A DNA stretch of 64,000 nucleotides from Selaginella moellendorffii. Taxonomy: Eukaryota > Plantae > Lycopodiophyta. Positions 1 to 12,030 of this stretch are shown piece after piece. The stretch lies in the NCBI RefSeq assembly GCF_000143415.4, contig NW_003314269.1, positions 210,401 through 274,400 of the forward strand, given 5' to 3'. The number at the start of each line of letters is the position of its first letter. Position 1 is the first letter of the stretch. The notes under the pieces were generated by a model. The model saw nothing but the letters and a program-made list of their open reading frames with translations. It did no database searches and was not told where the DNA came from. The translations under genes and the position numbers were made by a program.

Positions 1-822
1 CATGCCGCCACCGATTGCCGCCAGCGGTGCGTGGTAGAGCCTCTGGCCACCGACAGCGGAGCTTCTCGCGCCGTGGACGAACGTCCGCACCATCTCGGTG
101 AAGTAGGAGCTCTCGAAGATGTAGACGGGTACGTAGATGGGTGCCACCAGCACGCTGTCCATCAGGAAGTCGAGGTTGATCCCTCTCGCGTCCCAAGACC
201 CCGGGAAGATCCTGAGCAGGAAGTCGCGAGCGTTGGCCTGAGCTTGACGGTACACAGCCGTCTTGGCCAAGTCCAGAGCTGCCTGTGCGTTCATCCGGAA
301 CTCCTCCAGTCCTCTCACTCCGTCTGGACCCTCCACCATCTCGGGAGTCAGCCTGGTTGCACCGCTGAAACAGCCGACGCATCTCAGCCCGTTGACATAG
401 GCCCTGCGGTACTCGTAGGAAGCGTATATCTGCATGTCGAGGTCCTCGTTGGGATCATGCCTGCGTTCCCAGGAGGGTCTCTCATTCTTCGAGAAGTAGA
501 CGAGCTGCCACGATGTGTAAGTCTCCATCCTCTTCGTGGCGAAGTTGTACCTGTGCTTGAGGTAGCCGATTTGAGCGCTGTCGATGGCCACCTTGGCCAC
601 GGAGCACACTGCCCAGAATGGTAGAAACCTCTCCTTGACGCTCGGGGACAGCGACGGGACGTAGGAGATGACGGAGCTGTGGTAGGCGTCGTAGTCTGAC
701 CTTGCATCTTCTCGGGAGCGAGTGAAGGGCACGGCACGGAGATGCTCCACCGACGGGCCAGCGCTGGAAGAGATCGATCGCCGGAGCTTCTTGCCTGCGC
801 AAACCGCCCTAATCAGAAACAT
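1..822 (-). CDS. Intronless uncharacterised protein, probably organelle-targeted; runs off the left edge of the window
   Basis: Manual translation from ATG 822 gives 274 codons with no stop to position 1 (MFLIRAVCAGKKLRRSISSSAG...AVPFTRSREDA...FLPFWAV...APIYVPVYIF...VHGARSSAVGGQRLY). Absent from the ORF track, presumably because the stop lies outside the window. N-terminus is R/S-rich and lacks acidic residues. Confidence 0.8.
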   Translation of the reverse strand, partial: MFLIRAVCAGKKLRRSISSSAGPSVEHLRAVPFTRSREDARSDYDAYHSSVISYVPSLSPSVKERFLPFWAVCSVAKVAIDSAQIGYLKHRYNFATKRMETYTSWQLVYFSKNERPSWERRHDPNEDLDMQIYASYEYRRAYVNGLRCVGCFSGATRLTPEMVEGPDGVRGLEEFRMNAQAALDLAKTAVYRQAQANARDFLLRIFPGSWDARGINLDFLMDSVLVAPIYVPVYIFESSYFTEMVRTFVHGARSSAVGGQRLYHAPLAAIGGGM

Positions 823-858
823 TCCTTTGAGCGAAAGTTTTTTTTTCTTACCCGGCTC

Positions 859-3800
859 TCACTCGACTTTGGGTCTTTTAATTTTCAGCTTGAAACCACC
901 TTCTCCAGGCCTCTGAAGAAAGAAAACCATGAGAAGATCACAAGCAAAGCTTCGATCATACCTTGGTAGCAGTAACTTGTGGTTGTGGTGGTGGTGTACT
1001 CGTTGCTGATGAAGCTTGCACCGGCGGAGCTGACATGTTTGCGTCGCTTATTTCCTGCTTCACTTTGAGGAGAATGCTGGGTTGGCGAACGGCGGTCTCG
1101 CTTTCGTTTACTTGGCTGGCAGGAACAACCGCAACGTCAGAGCCGGGCGATTGATTCTCGTTCTTAGGCTGCTGCTCTGTTCCCTCGCGCTTGTGCCTGT
1201 CCTTGTCCTTCTTGTGTTTCTTATCCTTGTGCTTCTTTTCTTTCTTCTCCTTTCGATCTTTCTTGTCCTTCTTCTCTTTCTTCTCCTTCTTCTTCTCCTT
1301 CTTGTCTTTCCTGTCCTTGTCTTTCTTCTCCTTCCTCTCCTCCTTTTGAGAAGCCTCAGCTACTTGTTCGTCTACAGCTTCGTTTCTCGCAACTGGTGCT
1401 TCCGGAACAGGATTTACGTCGATGACTTCGATGAGATCCTTGAACTGCGAGCTGCCAAGACTGTCGTCAATGTCCATCTTCTCTGGACCGACAAGCACCG
1501 AAGCTTCGGCCGCCTGGCTGCTCGAGCTCGAAGGCTTCGCTGCCTGCGGTTGATCTATCGTACTTGACTTGGCGCTCTTCACACTTTCAGGAGCAGTAGT
1601 CGGAGAAGGCAATTTGAGTAGAGCGTCCGCATTTTGGAAGGTACTGGATTTTAGCCGCAAAGTCAATTTTCCAGCTTTCTGTTGTTCTGGTTCCTTCTTC
1701 GCGGCCTGGATCACACGCACCTTAAGCTTTGAAACATCAACATCATCTTTCTTTCCCGTGGGTGATAATAATACGGGTCCTTTTGGTGGGAGCCTACTCA
1801 CTCGTAGCAACGTTGCAGGCCTGCAATAGACGTCAGCAGTGTAGCACAATTCAACGGGTGAGAAATGCTTACTTTCCCGCGAGAACTTGCAAGATAGAGA
1901 AAATATAATGCCTCAACTTGTGATTCACGGCACATTGTTCACTTTCAAAAAACTCCAGGAGCGACGAGACAGTCGAAGAATCCACAGACGACGTTGACGC
2001 ATGCTTCCGTAGACAGATACGTAAAGCGTAAGACATCACCTTGCATTGAACTGAAAGTCGACAGCATTAGCACGACAATTCACATGAAGATGGAAGCTGA
2101 CCTCTTGCACATGGATCTTCTCTGACAAAATCAAGGGCGACTCGGAGCGACGAATTTAGACTTTCCGACTGGAACTTCATGTCCAACTGTGCTTGCAAAG
2201 CTGCAACCCTCACTTGCCAGGGTGTTGTTAGCACTTTGAAAGGAGACAACAGCGTTTCAATAGGTGCCTACAAAATGTTGTGCGGAGTCGTCATCCAAGA
2301 ATGGACAACAAAAACATACCAGGGAAATGACTGTGTTGAACTTCAAAGCAAGGCGAGTTAAAGTCTGAATGCAACTTCGAGTTAATATACAATTGTAGCT
2401 CGGCATTAGTCTGTGTACGTGGGTAAGAAAACCAGGACGACGAGCATTCAATCATACCTATCATACTGAAAATACCGATCAATCTGCTTCAAAATTCTTG
2501 CGAATTTTGGAATGCTCTGTAACAAGCAAGTCAAGCTAAAACAAGATAGAAAATAAAAAAGAAGCTGAGCTTACCTGTTGACTGATTTCTAGTTCGCCTA
2601 CTGATTCAATAACAGACGAAAGCCAGAAAGAATCCGAATAAGCATTTCCACTGTTGTCGTTGTGCTGGAATAGATAACAACTCCATGATGTTAAAATTCT
2701 AGTGACATCCAGGTAGCAACCTTGAGAATATTAAGAATGAATTCAACGGCTTCTGGTGGACTCTTCCCTTGATTACCACGAACGGTTCCAACTGCCGGAG
2801 GGATTGCCTATACGAAAGACTAGTAAGGCTCAAAGCATATTAGCATGAGATGGTACCTGAAGGACGAAGTATTCGGAAAAATCATGGAAGCTATTGGGTC
2901 TGATATAGTTCCATGTTAGAGCACGAACAGAAAACTCAAGTACAAACCTCGGGAGTCCAATTTCCATATCAAAGCATCGGCTTTTGTAATACTTCATGAG
3001 GTGTCCAAGTCCCAACCATGATGTCCCCTGGACAAAGAAAAAGTATAGCGGCCGAAAGAAAAGAACTGAACAAACCTCTCCGGCCGTGTTAGCTAGTGCG
3101 AAAGCAGCCTCGACCCGGACACGGCAAAATACCTGCATAGCGCCTCCGCTTATAGGCTTCTAGACATGAAAGAAGTTAACAGCTTGCCTTGGGATCAATA
3201 AGGCAGCCATTCAGCGCGTTTACTATCGAAAACGACACAGGTAGCTTTTGTAGAGCTGCAATTGCTTGCAACTGTGCCACAGCATCCTTGTCTCTCTCTA
3301 GTTGATTAATCTGTCGGAATGCAAAAATAAGAGAAGCTATAGAGAATGCTGAGGTTTACAACTTACCCACATTTGCTCAGGTTGCCAAAGCTGTATCTTC
3401 GTTAGGTAGTCCATACCAGGATCAGCACGCAGCCATAACAGCGGAGACTCCACACTGAAAAAATAGAATTAAAGACGAGACATTTCCAAAAAAGCCTCAT
3501 ACCTTGGTTTATCGTCTGCCAAATCATCAATAATTTCCACCTTCCCGGGCTTTTTTGGCCGCTGGGGACGACGATTTGCCATTTTGGAATGGCATGGAAT
3601 CTCCAAAAGCTGATGCACGTCTCCTGACAGAGATAGATTCGGATGATCATACATGCCGTCGAGTTCGTGTATTTGAATGTTCATCATTCCAGGCCATCCA
3701 ACGTCAGCGATGGACTTGTTCCCCAGCATCATGACTTCTGGAGCTGTGCAGTCCCGATGAACTGCGAACTCCACAATATTTCTTCTCTTGTTGTACTCAA

Positions 3801-5986
3801 ATCCCATCCTGCACCGCGTGTCAGTACTTACACTTTTAAAAGAAAACAATAACAGACCTTAGCAACGGGCAGCCTTGTGATTCCACCCATCGAGGAAAAA
3901 ATTCTTTTAAGAATGGACGTTCGAGGTTTCCAATTTTGTTTGCAAAATGCCTGAACTGAAGCCCTTGGAAATAACTGCTAAGGAAGCAAGCTGGGAAAAT
4001 GGAAAACAAGCACCTCTTTTGTACTGAGTGTTCTCATGTTACGTTCTCCAGCCCTCGATACAATCCTTTGCAGAACCTGTGTATATAGCTCAGCATATTA
4101 AGTCATGAAATTTTTTCGCTTAGTACCTTACGAAGAGATTCTGGCCCCATCTGTTTCTCAAGCATCTGAATCACGGTTACCTGTAAAACAACAGAATCAA
4201 AAGAGCAAAAAAAGTCATGATAGTCGTACGGCTTTCCATAGCCGGATTTTCCCAAGAAGCCCCAGCTTCTCCGCCCGGAAAACACCAGCAGGAACGGAAG
4301 ATGGACTAAGAGGTGGAAAACTTTCAACATCTGCGTCAGTTACAGCTTCGATAGCCTAGTGATACATACGCAAAAAGATAAGAATGCATCCCTTCCATTA
4401 GAAGAAGCTACCTTGAATTTCCGATATAGTGCCTCGTTATTTCCCAAAAATTTTCTTATGAACAAATGTACAAGAAAGCCGGATATGCCTTCTAAAAGCC
4501 ATACTGCACAAAAACAAAATTTTCATATGATTTTTTATGGCAAATTTACCATCGCGATCGGTTTCTGGCGTTATAAACACTCCAAACCATTGTTGAGCTA
4601 ACGCTTGAGAGAGTTTGATTTGAGTTATGATTGCCTTCAAGGAGATGAGAGACATCAGTAACTAAACTACAGAGGCACCATTCTTACCTGGTCAATAACC
4701 CGTTCGTCTACAAGTAGATGCGAGCTAAAAACCGCCATTGATGCTCCTACTGATAGAGAGGCAACCGAATGCTCGGAGTCAATAAAAACTTGCTTGTAGG
4801 ATCCAAAAGGAAATTCAGCACCCAAGTACTCCTCGTATAGACTGCAAATACGGTACAAGTGATGAAACAAAAAAATTAAAAATGATACTACTAACCTGAA
4901 TAGAGAGTAATAGCAATTTACAGAGCTTTGAAGCTTCGAGGTAAAGCCTGGTGGACACATATGTGACACGTTTGCATTTTGTCGCTCAGGAATAACTTCC
5001 AAGGGTGTAGAAACCAGAGTCACAAATGAGGCTGGCGTTGGTACATCCAAGTTGTAGACATATGTCTTCATGTTTCCCTCCTTACTCAGAACCTGTGACA
5101 GAAAGTAGTCGATTCAAACACCTCGACAAGATAAAGATGGTACCTGATACAGAAGATTTCCAGCGCTTACTGCAACGTAATCAGACTGTACAGTGAATTC
5201 TAAATGGTAGCTGCTGGCGAAAGAGAAATGTAAGAAAAAAAAAAAAAAAAACCTACGAAATAACGCATAGTGTACCTGCATCTGCTCGACATCGAGCCAA
5301 GGCAAGGAAACCAATGTTGCACACGATGCGTCTGAAATAAATTCGTGGAGAAGAAAATTTTGCTCTTCGATTTTTCTAGCGCGAAATGAATTTGTACGAG
5401 CTTCACCGGCTGTAAGCAATCAAGAAACAAGAAAGTAGTTCAAGCATAGAACTAACAGTTGAAAAAGAGCTTTACCTGCGCTGTGGATAGCTTTGGAACG
5501 TCTTGCGACGACCCGTTCTCTTGACACAGATTTTCTGCCTGGGAAGGAGACGCCGCGGACAAGGTGATGAAGAGATCGGGTGAGCTTTCTGCCGCCAAGA
5601 CAGCCTTGTAGCTGGAATAAGCAGTGGCAGCAGCAGTTTGTAGCGATTGAACGCGAGGGCTGGCCTGCTGAGATGAATTCGGTGTCCTTCGCTTCCTCTC
5701 AAACTTCGCAGGGACTCCATCCACAAGAACTTGCAAGATTTCCAGTCCCCCGGAGTGGAACTCCCCCACGCTGTTCCTGGACGCTACGTCCAGCTCCGTG
5801 TGCCTGCCCTAGGCTACAATGAGGAAAATCTCCAAGGTTTTTGAGAAAATACCCGACGATTGATTCGTGCTCCATGTCGATCGCGACGCACAGCTTCTGG
5901 TGGCGCACGATGACGCCGGCGTCGCCGCCATTCTCCCCAGCGCCATCCGCCACTCCTCCCTGCTTCTGTTTGCGCGGCTTCGCCAT
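859..5986 (-). CDS. TAF2: Transcription initiation factor TFIID subunit 2 (multi-exon)
   Basis: MAKPRKQK...[85 protein letters not shown] and a Lys-rich C-terminus match plant TAF2. Last exon inferred after the AAG|GTATGA donor as [17 protein letters not shown], stop at 859-861. Confidence 0.93.
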
Positions 5987-6008
5987 GCTAGGGCTCCAAA
6001 AACGTGAA

Positions 6009-6035
6009 GAACCCTAAACCCCGGCAAACCCTAAA
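6009..6035 (+). promoter_or_regulatory. Two telo-box-like motifs in the 51-bp bidirectional TAF2/pTAC7 spacer
   Basis: gaaccctaaa and aaaccctaaa between ATGs at 5986(-) and 6038(+). The same motif precedes the ATGs at 12030 and 12758. Confidence 0.65.
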
Positions 6036-6037
6036 TT

Positions 6038-6699
6038 ATGGCGATGGCTATGGCGGTCCCAATGCGCAGCGTATTCGCCCAGGCAGGAGGAGGCGATCAG
6101 GATTTCAACAAGCGCAGGCGCCGGCGCACCCTGGTATGCTCTTAGATCTAGGATTTCTTCGCGGTGGGATTGATCGGCTTCGACAGACCAAGGTGGATCC
6201 ACTGATGCACCGGGAGAAGCGGCATTGCTACTTCGCGCAGCCTGCCGAGAGGGATTTCATCGAGCAAGGCAAGCGCGTGCTTCTCCATGCCGAATGGCTG
6301 CTGGACAGGGGCAATCACTTCGCCGTCACGATGAAGATCGCCAAGGCGGCGGACGACTTCCAGCGAAACCACAAGCAGGAGGCGCTCTATCAGAAGCCGG
6401 TGCTGAGGGCCATCGCCGATGAGATCAACAAGGAGTTTGGCCGCGGGGAGAAGCTCGTCACGGATGCTTACAACGAGGACGTGATGGATTACACGCAGTT
6501 CGTGAACTCCCCGCTCGAGGATCCGGAGGAAGTGATCGAGATTCCGGGGCCGAGGGCCACCAATTCGTGGGACTGGTGCGAGAGAACCGACTGGAAAGGC
6601 AAGGATTCCGGGGACCCTGGGTGGGTTACACACATGAAGAGGAAGGATATCGTGTGGATTCCAATCCAGGACGAGACCAAAACCTTTAGGCGGTTCTAG
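6038..6699 (+). CDS. PTAC7: pTAC7/PAP12-like plastid RNA polymerase-associated protein, 2 exons (6038-6133, 6187-6699)
   Basis: A phase-0 GT-AG intron at 6134-6186 joins RRRRRTL|TKVDPLM...GKRVLLHAEWLLDRGNHF...KPVLRAIADEIN. This resembles my recollection of angiosperm pTAC7 (RRRTLTKKDD...GKVMTMDIEQLL...NRF...KAIFHVLSNRVN). Confidence 0.65.
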
Positions 6700-7661
6700 T
6701 AAGTTTTTCTCTTCGTCTTTATCACGTACTTATATTCCATCTTGAGGTTGACAAAGGACGCGCGAGGATCAACAATGTTCCAGCATCCAACCAAAGTAAG
6801 AGCTTCTTTCTTTCTTTTCCGTTCTCCTTTTTCTTATTCTCTAGGTTCTATTCTTCCGCATTGTACCTTAAAGTAAGAACGATCTGTCTAAGCACAAGCT
6901 CGTATGATGATTCATTCCTTTTTCTTCGTTCCTCTCTCCATGTAAGAACTAAAGGTAAGCACTTGCTCGATTTTCTTACCTGTCTCGTTCTGGAAAGCTC
7001 TTTTGGTTTTTTTCTCTTCCTTTTTTTTTTTAAAGGTTGCAGCAATAACATACAAGAGGGATTGAATGTGCGGCCAGTGGCAGTTGTTGTAGATCCGCAG
7101 TACCGTGCTCTTTTCCATAATGTGATGTGATAGCGAGTAGTGGCTCAACAGGGACGGGGATTGATTCCAATCTTTCTCCAGGTAAAACATCTCACACACA
7201 CCTCTGTTTCCCTTCTCTCTCACACACTTCATCATCAAAGTACTGCACAGAAGCTCTGTCCTTTTTTCCTCCTCCCAACTTTCTCTCTTTCTCAACGTTG
7301 TCCTGACAAGCTATCATGGTTTCTTCCGCACAGACCAGAGCAGCCGAAGTGACTTACCAAGTCATTCCAAAAGGTCTATCGCTGGAACACCGGGACACAT
7401 TCAGTGTCTTTTTTAACTCTCCCGGGATACACTCTCCATCAACGTCACGGATCTTTGGGAAGATCTCACCGGTTACAATGCAATGCGTGTCTCGGCAGCG
7501 CAGGAGGAGATAAGAGGCAGGTCGCCTGGCCTCTATGTTTCCTCGCCAGGATGCGTGTCCATACAGGGCTTTAAAGGCCCCGAAGCGCGCAGCGTAAGTA
7601 AGCTCCATATCTTTTCCTTTTGTGAGCTTTGCTTATGCTTATCTTCATCTCAGTCGCAGGC

Positions 7662-7681
7662 TCTGTCTCTCTCTCCCTCTC

Positions 7682-7722
<41 letters not shown>
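7662..7722. repeat. (CT)n microsatellite
   Basis: About 60 bp of nearly pure CT repeat. Confidence 0.95.
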
Positions 7723-7727
<5 letters not shown>

Positions 7728-8343
7728 CATCGCATTAATGAAAAGGCTGGACTTTTGATTAGCAACGTGATCGTCAGCCACTATATGTTGGTGATCATGG
7801 AACACAAAATCTCGCTTGGATCTTCTTCGACTCGCAAAGAATTCTACTTAACAAGGTAAGCAAAAAATCTTATTAACCAAATCTCGCAGGGTTCTTTGTT
7901 CCAGTGGAAGCACCTGGACAGGGGACGACCATTTCCAAAGCCACGGTATAAAAAGTTAAAACAACAACGTTGCCTCGCAATCTGTTATTTGAAAGCGCCC
8001 CGGCCAGCGTGGAAGCGTCAACATTTCTTTTACGTTGTGACCATCGGGGGCCAAAGCAAAAGATTGCGACTGCTACGTGATTAGTGCAAAAGATGTGGAA
8101 AGAAAAACGCTCCCGGAAAGATGACCTAGTTTTTCTTCTTTGTGTGTGTGCTGTGTGTGTTATAAGGTCTCGAGGCTGGGACTTTTCTTTGTGTGTGGGA
8201 GAAGAAAGAATTGAAGGGAAGAAGGTATGGCGACGGCGAGGACGATCGATTGCGCTGCGACGAGGAGGCGGCGCTGCTAGGCGCCCGCGCAACGCTGTTC
8301 GGGTGGGAGCTTTCGGCGCTGTGGCGTGCTGATCCGTGGAGAG

Positions 8344-10107
8344 ATGGACGATTCCGGGGGAGGGAGGTCGAAATTTGTGAGGATTTGTGTGTTTTGCGGC
8401 AGTAGCAGCGGGAAGAAGACGAGCTACGGCGCCGCGGCTGCCGACCTCGGCCGCGAATTGGTAATGTGATGCTTCCTCTATTCCCTTGCGCATTGCATTT
8501 CTTTGATGAGCGAGTGCATGAGTGAATGAATGTGCGCCATTGTCTGCAAGGTTTCTTTTTTGGAGATCGGTGTGCTAGTTTCGAACGAATCACAGCAAGC
8601 TCTTTCTTTATTTTGGTGGGGGAGTTCTTGGATAGAATGGAAGGCTCTCCTTTTTAATTTTTTTTTTTTTTTTTCCCTCCTATTATTTTAGTCTCGGTTT
8701 AATCCCGTTGCATCGCTTGTGACTTCCACTTAGCTTATCATGCGACGACTTTTGCATTGCTCGACCACCACCATAGTTTACTTTTGCTTCCGCTTCTTTC
8801 TCTCATGTGTGTTCTTGCATTGTTTTTGGTTTGTTTTGCGTAGAAAGTGGTCTCTGTCCCGGTGTGGTGATGTTGTCCCTGGTTTCCTTACCTCGATACA
8901 TTCGCTCCTTATGAGCAAAACTATAGAGTGGTGCATAAAAGGCGATTCATTCCTTGTCTCCTGGAGTGCTTTCGGAGGATAATTTGCTCGGGCACGAGAG
9001 TGGCCAGGCTGTCATGGAATTGATATGTTTGGTGTGGTTGAGCCAGGAGGATGAGCTTGCATCTCTCTCTGAGCGCGTGAACTCGTTATTTTGGTGGTAC
9101 TTTATATTCCCAAGCTCTTGTCTCCTCACGCCCGATTTGTTGTATAAGTTTGTTGTGTGCGATCCCTTTTGTGGTTTGTTCTCTAACGAGCTTTGCGTGT
9201 TTTTGGCGTCTACAGGTAAAGAGGAAAATCGATCTGGTTTACGGAGGCGGCAACGTCGGACTGATGGGACTTATAGCGGAAGCGGTTTACGAAGGTGGCT
9301 GTCGCGTTACTGGGTACGTAGTGCTTTTTGTTGTGTTTTTTAACGTTCTTTTCGCCCCTCTGACCTTTTGGCTGTCCTCCTCGCAGAGTAATCCCAAAAG
9401 CGTTGATGCCTCACGAGGTAGTACAGGTTTACCATTTATTTCCATGTGGCTGGCTCGTTGGGACGGGCACTCATTCCCCAAAGCTCGTTTCATTTCCTTT
9501 CTAGATTTCAGGCAAGACGGTCGGAGAGGTGAAAGTCGTATCCGACATGCACCAGAGGAAAGCCGAGATGGCACGGCAGGCGGAGGCCTTTATCGCACTT
9601 CCGGGTATAGTTTTCTCGCGCTTTCTCGCGCTTTCTAGCCTGTGAAAAGTATTGACACATTCTTCGTTGTTGCCAGGCGGATATGGTACGCTAGAGGAGC
9701 TGCTGGAAATGATAACGTGGTCCCAGTTAGGCATTCATGATAAGCCTGTAAGAGATCTCGCAGTTTCTCACATGGAAAGTCTGATGTTTGTCGTCTCTCT
9801 TTCAGGTCGGCCTGCTAAACGTTGATGGTTACTACAATCCGCTGCTCGCCCTGTTTGACAAGGGCACGGAGGAAGGATTCATCAAGCCGTCGTCCAGGCA
9901 AATTGTCATTTCCGCATCGACTGCGGGCGAGCTCCTTGATAGACTAGAGGTAAGTTTTCCTCGGTTGTGTACAAGTTTCCTCGTGATCCTTTGTTTGTTT
10001 GGCAGGCTTATGTTCCAAACCACGTCTCGGTTGCTCCAAAAGAGACGTGGGAGATGGAACAATTGGGGTACTCGGCAGCATCGGCACCCCCAAGCCATAC
10101 GCTGTGA
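8344..10107 (+). CDS. LOG: LONELY GUY cytokinin riboside 5'-monophosphate phosphoribohydrolase (7 exons)
   Basis: [42 protein letters not shown]|[37 protein letters not shown]; canonical LOG exon layout. Confidence 0.95.
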
Positions 10108-10652
10108 GAAAATGTTTAAACCAATTCTTTTCTTTTTCAAGATGACTATTTGTTGACGCTTTGTAAACCCTGTGTTGACCCTTGAAAGGCTCAAGGCTTA
10201 ACTAAACCAAAGTTTATTTCATGTAGAAGAGAGACGCAATATTTTTCAAGTGATCAACCCTGGGAAGACTGGCCAGCCCAGGGACCTGAGGGATAGTCTT
10301 GTAGAGCCGATCCCGGGTTCGAACCCACCCGAAGAAGAGGGACCCTCAAATAAAACAAACTGATCACTCCTTTAATTTTCCCAAGCATGTTGGGGCGCGG
10401 ATTCGAACGCACGACTCTTTTGTACCTCACCAATTCCTGTAGTGGTGTCGCATTGTTCTTCGGCTTGTACATGGTTTAAATCTATTTAACTAGCGATTGA
10501 GTGGAAGAGCTTTTGGATTGTCTGTCTACGTGAAGAAACTTGCGGCAGATTTTGTTTCAAAGACAAAGGTCAGATTACAAAATTGGGACACGAGAGTTGC
10601 AGACACCAATGATGAACACGTACACTATCATCACTAAGTTCCATGGATGTTG

Positions 10653-12030
10653 CTAATGCAAGGTTGAAAAATTCATGCCGGATCCGGTGTGGCAAGAACC
10701 ACTGAAGACATTGGCCTTCTCCGCTGTTCGGAACACATCCGCATACACTAGGGCGATGTGCTCAGTCACAAACTCAGACCCCTCCTCCCCGTCGCCAACA
10801 ATGAAACTCGAATCAAACTTAACCATGTCCTCTATCGTCTGGCATGCCCGTCGCAGCGGCTTTCGCATCGCCAGCGCGTACTCAAGCGAGACCCTGATCC
10901 GCGCCATCTCACCCGATGACAAGAAAGTCTCAATCGCCGCCAGCCAGTCCTCGTCGTCCTCCAGGCATGCTACTACCTCTTCCGGACTAAGCTTCCTTTC
11001 CGGACCACGGCGGTGTAACCACGAACTTGGTAGTTCGCGGGCCACGAGCTTGCCGAGTGCATAGCTCCGGCAGCTGCTGTCCAAGACGGCCAACGAAAAC
11101 GGGTGCCTCCCTGTGTAATGCTCCACAAGCATTGAGCGCTTCGGGAATCGCGAGCAAAGGAGCCCGAGAACGCTCAGCTTGTCTCGGAAAGCAGTCAGCT
11201 CCTCCTGCCAACCAAGACTTTAGAAATCAAAACACAAACATCCACAAGAAAGAACAGCTCACCCCGTAGAAACCATCCTCCAGAAGCAAGAGTTCGCACG
11301 GACTATACCGCAGCTGCAAGTACTCCTGCGTCATTCCAACCCCACGAGACAGCCCCAAGACAGTCACTGCTGCAAGTGAGAACAAAGCAAACAAATCGCT
11401 GTGGAACATCTTACGCAGCTCCTTGGCGGGCACTGTCACTGGCATTTCCTCTCCAACAGCGTCAAGCATCTCCCACTGATCGACGACAAAGTAAAACTCG
11501 TCACCCGCGGCTGCTACTCGATCGCGGAAGAACTTGGCAATGTCTTGCATAGAACCCAAGCGATCTAACTCATCCAGCAGCTCGGCCTCCTTGCAAAACG
11601 TGAACCTCAGCGCGTTCTTCACGCACCCGCCCAAGTCCTGCTTAGCGATAGCAATCGCGAGGTCCCAGAGGCAAACAATCCTGCTGTTAGTCCCCGCGGC
11701 ATCGTGAATCCACCCGCAAGCCAAAGCCCTGAGCAAGCAACTCTTGCCGATTCCACACGGCCCAACGACTAGCAGCGTTTTTGTCTCTTTGGCTGCTTCC
11801 ACCAGGCTCTCAAGATCACGGCGACCAACAAACTGGAGATCTCCTCCGGGCATCGACGGCGCCTTGCCGATTCCCGGATATGGAATCACCGTGATCTCAC
11901 CGGCAGTGCACAGCTTACTCTTGTCGATTGCGGCGATGGCCTCGTGCGCCTTGACTGCCTTGGCCAGATCGTATTCCCCGCCATCGCTCCCACACACGCA
12001 GCGCAACCTCTTGACTGGGCGTCGCTGCAT
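10653..12030 (-). CDS. Crinkler (CRN)-associated-type AAA+/P-loop NTPase, copy 1 (about 439 aa; intron 11205-11262)
   Basis: Walker A VVGPCGIGKS, Walker B FYFVVDQ, then GFYG|EEL...HYTGRHP. The GTGAGC...GCAG intron joins the two track ORFs in frame. The P-loop call is firm; the CRN-type family call is from memory. Confidence 0.75.

Noticed and set aside
31-802. Track ORFs 31-624(+), 384-737(-) and 482-802(-)
   Set aside because: Shadow frames of the real 822-to-1 minus-strand ORF.
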